From contig CM052817.1 of the NCBI GenBank assembly GCA_028534125.1, positions 3,164,001-3,228,000 on the forward strand: a stretch of 64,000 bases of DNA. Direction: 5' to 3'. Origin of the DNA: Lama glama (Eukaryota). Of this stretch, positions 53,077 to 64,000 are shown in pieces (the stretch's first letter is position 1; each line of letters opens with the position of its first letter). The notes below the pieces were generated by a model, which did no database searches, was not told where the DNA came from, and worked only from the letters and a program-made list of their open reading frames with translations. A program made the position numbers and the translations under genes.

Positions 53077-53267
53077 CCCCTGACTGTCAGAGGCGGGCCC
53101 CGGTGTCCCCAGGCACCCCTGACTGTCAGAGGCGGGCCCCGGTGTCCCCAGGCACCCCGACTGTCAGAGGCGGGCACCGGTGTCCCCAGGCACCCCTGAC
53201 TGTCAGAGGCGGGCCCCGGTGTCCCCAGGCACCCCTCACTGTCAGAGGTGCGCCCTGGTGTCCCCAG
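53077..53267. repeat. 39-bp minisatellite, about 5 copies
   Basis: Unit cccctgactgtcagaggcgggccccggtgtccccaggca starts at 53077, 53116, 53155 (38 bp), 53193 and 53232 (diverged, truncated). Confidence 0.97.
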
Positions 53268-54788
53268 AGAAGGATGGTGTGAGAGATGGTACATCTTTCT
53301 GTCCTCTTAGCCTGTGCCATCAGTCACCAGTGAGTCCTGTGGCTTCCACGCCTTAGGGGCAGGGAGTGGCCCTGGGGTCTGGCCCCTCTCGGATGGAAGC
53401 CTCATAAGCGGTAGGTGAACTAAACAAATGCTCGCAGTCGCGGGAGAGATGAGGGGTCTCTTGTGACAATTTCTTCTCATCCTTCCAACCACAAATGAGT
53501 AATGATGTAATTAAAGTTCCCGGGGAAGGAAGTCTGCCGCAGGAGTCTCCCCAGGGCTCTTGGCGGTCACATGGAGACTGCTGTGAACCCAGGCTCTGGA
53601 TCCCTGCAGAACCACCAGTGTTGAAATTCCCAGACCAAGGAGTCTCCCAGGACCCCACCCCACAGCACACAGAGTGGAGGCCTGGCTGTACCCCTCCCAC
53701 AGGCACGACCAAAGAGAGACGGGGTGGGGGGAGGTTGCGCGGGGCAGATCCAGCCCCTCCCGTCACTCAAGTCACAGAGACACCCAGAAATAGGGAGCAG
53801 GGGTCACAGAGGCTCGGCGCCAACGCAGGGCCAGCTGGACTGGCACAATCTCTGATGCTGGAATTGCTGGGGTCGTGTCCCCGCCTCTCGGCTGGACGCC
53901 TCCTGGGACAGGGGCTCCCCACTGCACTCTCTGGACCAGTCTGCTTTCTGATACTGGAATCACCACAGTAGCTTCCTGCCCCTTTGCTTGGATACCTCCG
54001 GTGACAAGGGCTCCCTACCTCTCTGACTGTGCCGGTGGTTTCCTTTAAAACAAACGCAACCCCACAGGGCAGAGAACAAAGGGCTTTGGGATCCCGCAGA
54101 CGTATGCTGGTTTCTGGCCATGGGCGTACAGCAGTGTGACCCTGAGTCAGCTCAGGGGCCCTCGGGGGAGCCCCGAGCCCACCCTTCGAGGAAGAGTGGG
54201 ACACCCTCCACCCTTTATGCTCCCCCTCTGGCCTCTTCCTTCTCCTGAAGGTGCACGAGGTGGGGCAGTGGGTGATGGGAGGAGGCCCCAGTGGAAGCAC
54301 AGTGGTCCTCAGCCTTCCCCACGGCCGCTCCGTGGGCATCTTCCCCTTGGGAGCCCACCTGGGTGAGGGGCTGCACTCTGGGGCAGGGGTGGGATTTCAT
54401 GTCATTAGGTCACCCCTGATTACACTGATCATTAGCCCAGAGGTCAGCTGCCACAGTGTGCTAACAGCAGCTTAGGGACCCACCAGCCAGGCAGTAATCA
54501 CAGCAGTGGGCAGCGGCCCCCAGGTCTGGGCGGTGCTGCTCTGAGCGCTTTATGCACAATCAGTCACCGGCTTCTCCCTGAGAAGCTGTTCCGTTATTGT
54601 CTCCACTTTCCAGACAGGCCAAGCCCTTGCTCAGAGGTCCCTCAGCCCCTGCGAGGCCGAGCTGGTGTCAGGGGCACCCCAGGCCCCCAGCCCAGCCGCC
54701 TTCCCTGATCCAATTTATTGATGCGCTCTTTTTGTATAAAGTTTTGTTCAGCAAAAAAGTACTGATGTCAAAAAAAAGAGCCACTCCA

Positions 54789-54789
<1 letters not shown>

Positions 54790-54834
<45 letters not shown>
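54790..54834. repeat. Perfect (CA)n microsatellite
   Basis: Uninterrupted CA run of about 22 units. Confidence 0.97.
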
Positions 54835-54843
<9 letters not shown>

Positions 54844-55418
54844 CCCTGCACTTTACAAATGAGGGGAAGGCGTGGTTAAGGAAGGCTTCAGAAGAACCAA
54901 GAAGATTCCACTGCTCCTGTTTACTTAGCGCCGCCCACAGGCCGGCCCTGGGCTGGACAGGCCACCCACATCCCCACGGGGCCTGGCCACGCTGCCCACG
55001 GCGGACACAAGCCCGCCGACAGGGGAGGCGTCTGAGGTTCAAAGGGGATTTGGGACTCCCTTCCCCACGGAGGCCAGAGCTGGAGGGGACCCAGGTCTCT
55101 GTGCCTGTCTTGTTAACAGTCTGTCACCTCCCCTCTTTGCTGGCTCCTGCCTCCTGGGGTCTCTTGGTGGTGGATTAGCTATGGGGGTGGCCGACAAGGT
55201 GGCAGCGGGAGGTGGGCCACTCAGGGTGGCCTGGAGTCCTCTTGACCAAGCAGCAGGAGAGCTGAGCTGCTGGCCTGTCCAGGTGGCAGAGCAGCGGGGA
55301 AGGGACCCTGCCTGGGGACCCTTGGTCCCCTCACCAACCCCCAGGCCTGTGCTTCCGTTTCTAACCTGTAAGAAGAAGGCAAAATAAGTCCTGCCGTGCC
55401 AACCTGCAGGCCGGCCTC

Positions 55419-55921
55419 TGGGAGCCGAGACAAAGCCCGCTCTGCTGCAGCATCGAGCTCGTGGAACAAGCACCTGCTCGTGTGGATGAAAAGTACTGCA
55501 GCCACATCAGCAGACACAGGATGCTGTGCTGTCAAGTCGCCAGCCGCTGCCGCCCCCACAGCGGTGCCCCCCCAGGGGACTTGGGATGTGCAAGAGCAGG
55601 CACCAGCCCTGGGCAGCTAAGGTGCACATCAAAGGAACGGTTCCGATGAGCCCAGACCTTTGCACCTTCCCACACGCAGACAAGCACTAATTTCCTTATC
55701 TTGAGATGTCTGGTTTTCTTAAATTAACAGTAATCTTTGGATGTTCCGACTACCTGGTCTTTGTGGCAAAATCTCCTGTACGTCCTGGCTCCTCCTGCCT
55801 CTGTGGAGCAGTCTCTTAGAGCGATCTGAAAGGCCACCTCCTGGGCTTGAAGTCCTCAGAAAGTGCGCAGAATAAAACTCATCTCTCAGCTAACAAGCTG
55901 TGAATTTTGTTTCAGGCGACA
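55419..55921 (+). mobile_element. Solo ERV1-type LTR, about 500 bp
   Basis: TG...CA ends and AATAAA at 55871. The flanks cctc and cctg form a near-match 4-bp TSD. Internal phrases (gcacatcaaagga, cttgagatgtctggttttctt, aattaacagtaatcttt) resemble cetartiodactyl ERV1 LTRs from recall. Confidence 0.75.
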
Positions 55922-56816
55922 CCTGGATGGTGCCATGAGCCTCGGGGCCGACTCTGTGCTGAGTCCCAGACCCCTGTACTGCTGCTGCTGCTGGCCAACA
56001 GTTCACGGCATACCCCTCTCTCAGAAAGCTGCCCTCGGCTGATGGGAGCCCTGTCCTGGGAGTTCATACCCTCCCCCTGGAGGACCCCAGACAGTGCTCA
56101 TGGGCGGGGGTAGGGGAACGGCCAGCCCCCTGTCTCAAGGAGGGGCGACTCTGTTTCACACACCTGAGCTGGCCGTGGACCAGACGTGGGCTGAGGACCA
56201 CGGCCTTCCCCAGCCACTTCTTCCCCTCAGCTTTCTCCCGAGAGCTCATGTGCACCCATCCCTGCCTCAGGCTCTGCATCTGGACAACCCGACCAAGTTT
56301 GGTGGATTTTCTCCAAGTGGCCATCTCCCCAGGCAAGGCAGGTTCTGGAGAGCAGGGAGCCTCAGCCACGCTGTCCCCAGGGCCCCGGCAGGCAGGACTC
56401 CATCAGCAGGGGCTGCAGGGGTGAATAAGCACCCACTGTGAAAACTCAGGTCTGCAGAAGGCTGAAAAGCACCGCAGACCAGGGGCCGCGCACTGAGCCA
56501 CGTCCCGTGATAAAGCGAGGCTCTGCTCTCTGCAAAAGCCCAGGCCGCTGCCTCGTAGTTTTGAGAAAGAGGGAAATGGGAGTGATGCTGTGGGCGAGGC
56601 TGGCCTGGGAACGGTGTTCTCCAACCGGCTCAAAGCCTACCGCAGCTAAAGAGGTTTTAGGGCTGAGAAAGGCCCAGGGGTCCCCAGCCCAAGACACAGG
56701 GAGGAGGCGGAGGGACTGGGCGGCTCCACCCCCAGGCGGCTGGGGGCGGTGGGGGAGGGGCTGGCACAATCTGCCAAGACTGTTTTTATTTTTTAAGGTG
56801 CAACATCCTGGAGAGT

Positions 56817-56950
56817 TTTGCTTTGTTTTCTGTTTGAGGGGGACAGGTAATTAGGTTTACTTATTTATTTTTTGATGGAGGTACTGGGGACTGAACCCAG
56901 GACCTCGTGCAAGCTAAGCACGCTCTCTACCACTGAGCTATACCCTCACC
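56817..56950 (-). mobile_element. tRNA-Ala-derived SINE of camelid (vic-1-like) type
   Basis: Minus strand reads ggtgagggtatagctcagtggtagagagcgtgcttagcttgcacgaggtcctgggttcagtccccagtacctcca, a tRNA-Ala(AGC)-like head with A and B boxes. It is followed by an aaataaataagtaaacctaattacc...cccc tail and an A-rich end. Confidence 0.85.
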
Positions 56951-57399
56951 TTCCGAAGTGTTTTAAATCACACACAAGCACGCACAGATGCACGCACACG
57001 CAGGTGCATTCTTAAAAGCAGCCCCTAATGTGGGTGCATTAGGACATATGAGTGTCAGCCAGACACTGGCCCTTGGCAGAGCCTCCGGACTCCCTCAGGA
57101 GCACAGCAGGGACACCCTGCCAGCCGTTTTCACCATGAGGACTTGGAACAGAGAGGGCGCAACATTTAGTCCAAATGCCTTACTTTACAGTTAGGGACAC
57201 TATCGTTCGAGGAGCGAGAGCCACCTCCCCACGGTCCGCAGCCCACGGGGCCGAGCTAAGACCCTTGGCTGCCTAATGCTGAGGCCAGGACAGGAAATTT
57301 CCCGCCCCGTCCTTGAGTGTGGACTGAAGAAGTGGCCAGTCGGAGGGAGGTACTTCTGGCCAGAAGCTCCCGGGCTGTTCTAAGTGGAAATGCCTGCTG

Positions 57400-57780
57400 G
57401 GAGGATGTGGAGGGGATGGGGTGGCTTGACTGAGGATGCGGAGTGTGGGGTGAGAGGGTGTGGTTTGGACACAGCAGCATGGAACTTGCTGATGCACTTG
57501 AGGTGGGTTGTGAGGCAGAGGGGGTCAAGGGTGACACCGAAGCTTTTGGCCCGGCTGGTGGATGGCACCTCCTTCTGGAGAGGCAATGGGAACACTTCTG
57601 TCTGCAGGAGGACGACTCTGAGATGTCTGTTAGTGAGGGCCCACAGGAGTCATGCAGACAGAGGCAGATCTGAGCGTGGAGTCTGAGGAGCATCAGGGCT
57701 GAGGGTAACTGGGGTGCACGTATGCAAATATGTTGTTTGTGAAGCCATGAGATCGGGTAGGATCATGAAGAGAGAGGGGG
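57400..57780 (-). mobile_element. L2 LINE internal fragment
   Basis: ggaacttgctgatgcacttgaggtggg...gggggtcaagggtgacaccgaagcttttggcc...tgagatgtctgttag...tgaagccatgaga. Confidence 0.65.
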
Positions 57781-60700
57781 AAACCGGGTGAACGTCTCAC
57801 CACACTGCTGTGCATCCCAGAGGGAAGGTGAGGCAGGGCTGGCTGGAGACCAGTGGGACATGGACATAGTCTCCCCTTGTACAGGTGAGGAGACTGAGAC
57901 AACCCCAGAAACACAGCCGGTGGGTAGAGTCAGATTTTGACCTCAAGGTTCTTGACCTTGAACTTCAGAACTAGAAGTGTTGCTTAGAATGCCCTTCCCT
58001 CTTCCACATAGTCAACACCTATACACCCTTCCAAGGCCAACTCAAACGTCCCCTTTCCTGTGAAACACTCCTTGCTCCCTTCTGGTGCCCAGCCCCCCAT
58101 CACAGTCCCACAGAAGCCGGCACACACCTCCCCTTCAGAATGTAGTCCACCTCGGGATCGCGGGCTATGAGTTCCCGGGGCTGTGAGCTCTCTGGGGTCA
58201 GGGAATGGTTTCCAGTCCCACCAGCCTCTCTCCACTTGCCCAGAAACTCAGTATGTGAGGAGCGCTACCTATGAAGACTTGTCAAATGGATGGATGGATA
58301 AAGGGATGAATGGGTGGCCGTGAGGGGTAGGTGCATGAGTGGATAGATGTTCAGGTGGATAGATGGGTGGATTTAATGGTGGATGAACATACGGGTAAGT
58401 GGCCAGATGAATGGATGGATGAGTGGATGATGGCTGGCTGGCTATATAGATAAATGGCCCGTGGACTGGTGGATGAGTGGATATGAGTGTGTGTGTGTGT
58501 GTGTGTGTGGATAGACAAACAGATGGGTGGGTAGGTGGATGGGTGGATGGGACCATCAGTGTAAGGATAAATAACAGATAAGTGGCACTTGGATGGGTGG
58601 GTGGGTTGATTGGACAGAAGGATGGCAGGTAGGCACAGTGGAAAGACAACAAGATTTGTAGTCACAATATTCAGAGTTTTGTCCTGGCCTCACTCTCATG
58701 AGCTGCTGCATCACAGGGTTCCTACTGCTGGTCCCTCGGCTCCTCACCTTTGAAGTGGAGAGGGGTCGACCAGCCGTCTACCTGCTGGGACTCTGTGAGG
58801 CTCAGAGTGGCAGTGAGAACAGCTTGGGGATGGCACAGGGCCATGCGCCTGTGAGGCAGTCCTGGGCAGCCTGGCACAACGTGCACCGCCGTGGAGCTCT
58901 CTGCCAGAAATCCCCTCCAAAACGTACATCGAGGGAGCATAATTTCCACATGGCTGGTTTTAAAACCAAGTAATTAAGTGGTTTTACAGTCAGTTTTTAA
59001 AATAAGCTCTTTAAGTTATGAGTATAAAGCATGTCCCTATAATAGCCAAGTTGTTCTGTTTCGTGATCTCTATTGCAATAGATTTTATAATTAGGCAGGA
59101 AAAAACCTCTCCAGGGCTGAGGCCAGCTTATTGAACTCACTTTTTGGCATGGTGTGATCTAAACCAACCCCAGAGGTGGGGCTTCCTCGGGACCTAGTCC
59201 ACGTGGAGCCTTGTTGGGGGTCTGAGGTGCAGAGGGTGACTGACAAGGACACAGGACAGCCCAGCTAGGGTGGAGGGAAGCCGTGGGCTGGGGCTGTGTG
59301 CGTGTGCGCATGCGTGTGTGTGCACATGCGTGTGTGTTCGTGTAGGTGTGCATGGGGGGTGCTCAGGGGAGGCGGAGATTCAAAGAATCCTCCAGATAAA
59401 GGCTGTCTCCCCGGAGCCTACAGCTGTGCCAGGTGAATCTCTGATAAATCAGTATTGAATCGGGGAGGGTGAGTACACAGGTGGATGAACGGGGGGAACA
59501 GATTAGGGCATGGGTGGGTGGGTAGATGGATGGATGGATGAGTGGATGGATGGATGGATGGATGGATAAATGGATGGATGGATGGATGGGCAGATGGATG
59601 AATAGAAGAACTGCAAGTTTCAGGATGGCAGGGCCCAGACTCTGTACCCAGCCATCCAGGGCCCCACACCTGGGCCCTGACTAGCAGCTTGCACTAGGAA
59701 GTTAATGAAAGAGTGTGGAATTGGAGGGACCCCCAGTTTTCCAGTGCCTGAGGTATTCCCACAGGCAGCCTACCTGAGGGTCGTTTCTGGCAAACTGTGA
59801 TGCAAGTGCTCCTTTGGTGCCAAACAGCCCCCTTCCGTGATGCTAACCTCAGAATCGTCCTTACACCGGCGCCAGTGTCCCTCAGCTGCTGGACATGGCT
59901 CTGCACACTCCTGTGAGTGGGGACGTGTTGCCCCTGTGGCAGGGTGCCCTGAGCTCGTCCTGCTGCACACACACTCAGCTGGGTCCCTGCAGCGCCCGCG
60001 GCCTCCTGGAGCTCAGGCCGCAGGGCCTCTGAGGGGCAGCAGACAGAGATTACTGGATTTATGCAGCCCCACCGAGCAGCTGTCCGCCCCCTCTCTTTTC
60101 TTTAATCCTTTCTGCTCTTTTTGTCTCACTTGGGTTATTTAGGTCATCTCAGAAGTCCCCTTGCATTTTTTTGGTGCCAAGGTAGAGTATCAATAAATGT
60201 ATTTTAATTTCTCAGTAGGAGTAAAGATCTATTTTTAAGGCAGCCGACCAGACTGAGATCCCTGATGCCCAGTCGTTCATTCCACAAACATTCCCTCTGC
60301 CCAGAACGCTAGGGTCCTCTCTGGAGTGTGGCCCCACCAGTGTCTATGGGCCTGACTGGCCCTGGGACCCTGGTGCCTGGTAGGCAGAGCTGCCAGCCCC
60401 TCCCTGTGCCCCTCCCCCTCCCCCCTCCTGTCCCCTCCTGTCCCCCTCCTAGAGTTACAGCTATCAGTTTTCAGGTGCCTACTGCGGGGCAGGCCTGCAC
60501 CAGGGCTTCCCTTGCATTATCTCCCTCGTCCCCGGCAGCTCCCCGTGGGGCCGGATTAAAGGCATCACGGACGGGAAAGCACACGGCAAACTGGAGGTCG
60601 CGGCAGCAATGTGAGGGGTTACCACTGACAGCGCTCTCCGCCAGCGTAACAGGCCCGTGATGGGGAGGGGAGGTGCGGTGGGAGGGCGCCTGCAGGGACC

Positions 60701-62385
60701 TGAACATGCCGCGCCCAGTCACGCCTTCGCGGGTGGAGACGGCAGAGGAGGCCTGGTGCCCGGGAGATGCAGGCGGAAGCTCAGAGGGCTACAGATGTCA
60801 CCCACTCCCCTGCCCGGTATGCCCCGTGCAGGGCCACGCAGCTGCGGACAACGAGGTGACCCAGGCAGAGGCCAGTCCTTGAGGTGGAGATGGCCCAGCC
60901 TGGGCCCCGACACTGGCAGGGGACCAGGCTGAGTGAGGCAGCAGGAGGGCACCGCTGCTGGAGCCCCAGGGGGGTGCAGGAGGAGGGCGCCCTGCCTCAC
61001 TTCCAGCTCCACGCCCCTCTCCTCCCTCCCAGCCCTGAGCCACCCTGCCTCCCCCCCTCGGACTCCTGTTCGTCTCCCTGTTTTACAACAAAACTCCAAC
61101 ATCCTGGCTGCAGTGACCCAGATGGGCCTCCAGCCCAGCATGTCCCTGTGCTCTGGACAGTAGCCACCAGCCCTGGGGTGCAGAGCCAGAACCGTGCTCC
61201 CTGCCCCGCCCAACAGGTACTTAGGAGCTTGGAACCAGGCTTGGCAACCTCGCTCTGACAGGACCAGAGAGTCAGCCTTCCAGCCTGCAGGCCACACAGC
61301 CTCAGGCCTAACTCCTCAGCTCTGCCACGGCAACGAGCAGCCCCGGGCAGCACGTGGACAGGTGGGCTAGGTGTGGGCCAGGAAATTTCACGGCTGCTCA
61401 CTGAACCTGAACATCATTTCACGTGTCGGGAAAGATGACCATTCTTTTCATTCTTGTCCAACCATCTGGAGAAAAACCGTGCACGTCCCGACTTCATGGG
61501 GTTGGCCCTCCGGAGGGACAATGATGGGCGGAGCGGCGAGGCCTCTGATCCGACTGTGTACGTGAACCCTTCGAATGGCCGTGATTAGAGGCTTCTCCCA
61601 CGTGCTTCTGGCCCAGCACAGCGGGGCGCTTCCATCAGTGCTGGGCCAGCCAATTTCCAGAAGGAGCCTGGCGCTGTGGGAGGGGCCGCGCTGGCAGGCA
61701 GGTGCCGGACTTGTCCAAATGCACCACCCCACCCCACCCACCCCAGCCGAGACTTGACCCCGGTCACTCTGGCTCCCTGGCCCAAGTTCCTTTTTGGGGC
61801 TTTGCAGACTCCCAAGCTCCTGGCTCCATCTAACACCCCCCAGTGCTAGGAAGCACCGGCTCTCTGTGGCCTCTGCGCAGCGTGCCTGGTGCTCACGGTT
61901 TCTGGTCTGAGATGCAGAGTCCTTTGGAGAAAACTGTCATCTCAGCCCCACTGCCTCCATTTTTCACGGCACCAGCAGCTGCAGGAGCAGGGCACTGCAG
62001 CACAGGGCCAGCACCCTCATTTCCCCCTCATCCGTGCGTGTGCAGGGGGAGGCGGTGAGCGGGTGTGGGTGCGTGGCCAGGCGCCCACTGTCTGGAAAGC
62101 CTTCTGAACCACCAGTGGCTGAAGGGACACGTGAAAGAACACATCGAAAAGCCCCCAGCACCAGGTCCTGCAGGCCCTGGGGACTGACTGCTCACACGCC
62201 CCCGCCCCCCCCCACAGGGCAGGTGCCAATCACAGCACCAACCGCGTCGGAATATTTGTCTCTTTACTTGGCAGCACCGTTGTTAGGCCAGTCATCCTGA
62301 CCTTCCATGGCTCAAAACCCTCTGAGAACCTGATGGGGGGAATGGTCTGCCTGCCTGGGAAAAGTGAGCATCAAATATGCTCCCC

Positions 62386-62550
62386 CACACACACCCCACA
62401 TGCCACACATTACACACCCCCCACACACACCACGTACCACACGTTACACACACACCACACACACACCACGTACCACACGTTACACACACACTACACATAC
62501 CTCATACCACATATTACACACACACACACACATACACACACACACACACA
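62386..62550. repeat. Compound CA-rich repeat with an internal duplication (cacacacaccacgtaccacacgttacacacaca, two copies)
   Basis: Directly visible. Confidence 0.9.
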
Positions 62551-62679
62551 CCCCTACTTGGTCTACATCTTGAGGCACCTGAGGGCCCTAGGAACCCCCA
62601 CTCCCCCAACCGCAGGAGGAAGGACCTGGGAGTTTTTAAGACAAGACCGGGGCTGCTCGTCTTCGAGGCCCTGGCCAGC

Positions 62680-63060
62680 ACGGGAGCGGTCAGTTCTGAC
62701 TATGCCAACAAGGCGTGAAACGAAGCGCTCAGGGCCTCGCTCCGAGCGCCCCGCGACGGGCAGCAGGATTGGGTGCGGACGCGGAGACGGACGGTCCCAG
62801 GCAGGACGGCGCCGCGGCCGGAGCGCCCAGCCCCGGTCCCACCCCCACGTGCCTCCTCCTCCGACGGGTGGCTCGGGGCCGTCCGCCCGGTGCGGGGGGC
62901 ACACGCGGGGCAGGGCCGCGGGCCTGGGCGGGAGCCTGACTCGCGAAGTCTCCTTCTCCAGCAAGCTGCCGCTCGGTGCAGCTACCTGCGTCTTCTGAAC
63001 GCGCTGACACTCGGCAATTTCAGAGCTGGCGAGGTTTCCAAAAAAGCCCCCGGCGCTGTG
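62680..63060. promoter_or_regulatory. Intronic CpG island
   Basis: Visibly the densest CpG cluster in the window (for example ggacggcgccgcggccggagcgccc). GC boxes are present (gggcggg, ccgccc) and no repeat signature was recognised. Confidence 0.7.
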
Positions 63061-64000
63061 AACTTGACTTAGCACGCTTGCAGTCATTAGTCTGGGGCCC
63101 CGGGGAGGGAGCCCGGGGAGAGGGTGTTAGTGGGCTAATCGTCAACCTGGAGACTGAAAAACGGGCTTGTGGACGATTATGGCCAGAATTCAATGGAGCT
63201 GTTCGCCCCGAGCACAACTGCCAAGTAAGGAAGGAAAACGAGATGCCAGGTTGCATTGGCCAAAAGCAAAATTCAAAGAGGGAGGCAGTCAGACGGACCC
63301 CAGGCTGGGGTGGGGATGCCGACCAGGGACGTCACCGAGAGGGTGACCAGCTGAGCCCCTCACCGCCGGCTGGGCCCCATCTCACCCCCGAAGCCTATCC
63401 TGAGCGGATGGGGGGCAACTGGAGCGGCCCCGCCCTTCTCCGGAGCTGCGTCTGTGCTCACGGGTGCGCGGGCCTGACATCTCCATTCTGACCACTTATA
63501 CGCCAGACCCGGGGCCAAGGGCACAGGCCAGGACGTGGCCCCTGCCCTCCAGAAGCTCGGGGTCTAGAGGAGAAAAGCCCTTCATAACACAGTGAGGAAA
63601 GGTGAGGGAGAGGAAGCCAGGGATGGGGGGAGAGTCCAGCAGGGCGTATCTAAGTCTACAGGGCGTATCAGGGAGGCTTCCTGGAGGTGGTTACAGCTGA
63701 GTGGCGTGCTGAGGACTCACACCTCACCAGGGGAAGCAGGAGACTGGGGAGCAGGGACCCTGGCTGGGATGGCGGTGACCTGCGGTGAAAAGCTTCACTC
63801 AGTGCACAGTGGTCACGCAGGCAGGTCTGCAGGCTGGTGGGGCCTTGTCCCCAGGCCTCCAGGCTCCACAGAGGCCAGCACTGTCCACGAGAACCTCAGT
63901 GGGCCCCTTACTAGCTTACGCTTTTTATTTTTCCAAGGGAAATTATTAAAGGAAAATGACTATCCTCAACCACCAATTCATAGAAAAAAGGACACTTTCA

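Noticed and set aside
53077..53267. CRISPR-like array, or a repeat protein (PDCQRRAPVSPGT)
   Set aside because: The units are head-to-tail with no unique spacers, and one unit is 38 bp and breaks the frame. It is a minisatellite.
56876..56950. Functional tRNA-Ala gene
   Set aside because: It has substitutions in stems and the T-loop, and continues into a SINE tail with an A-rich end.
1..64000. A novel multi-gene system (operon, defence island, CRISPR-like locus) built from the many ORFs in the track
   Set aside because: This is intron-rich mammalian DNA. The ORFs are mostly Pro/Gly/Arg/Ala-rich, overlap in all frames, often use non-ATG starts and show no recognisable domains beyond SORCS2 exons and transposon remnants.
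40246..64000. Upstream SORCS2 exon 3, or nested genes such as PSAPL1
   Set aside because: No matching peptide (SSDFGTSYTKL...) and no saposin-like cysteine pattern were seen. They presumably lie beyond the window.

Overview
GC-rich mammalian genomic DNA, not prokaryotic. The window lies entirely inside one gene on the minus strand: SORCS2, a VPS10-domain sorting receptor. Seven internal coding exons have canonical AG/GT boundaries: 40081-40245, 33702-33775, 29207-29271, 25510-25628, 20332-20421, 9700-9879 and 572-674. These correspond to exons 4-9 and 11 by human numbering, recalled from memory. The first six splice in frame. The exon expected between the last two (exon 10, VRGVKGVFLAN...) is not visible and most plausibly lies in the 500-N gap at 3655-4154. 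Everything from 40246 to 64000 is intron. The introns contain L1, L2, MIR, MaLR (MLT1) and ERV LTRs, hAT MITEs, a near full-length Tigger1 nested in an old L1, a 39-bp minisatellite, many simple repeats and a CpG island near 62.7-63.1 kb. A tRNA-Ala-derived SINE of camelid type suggests a camel or alpaca genome (inference). Almost all ORFs in the track are chance ORFs of GC-rich DNA. I see no support for a new multi-gene biological system. The best leads are the missing exon, a cluster of AT-to-GC changes inside Tigger1, an apparently lost N-glycosylation sequon and two candidate internal promoters. Repeat family names come from recalled consensus sequences and their boundaries are approximate.
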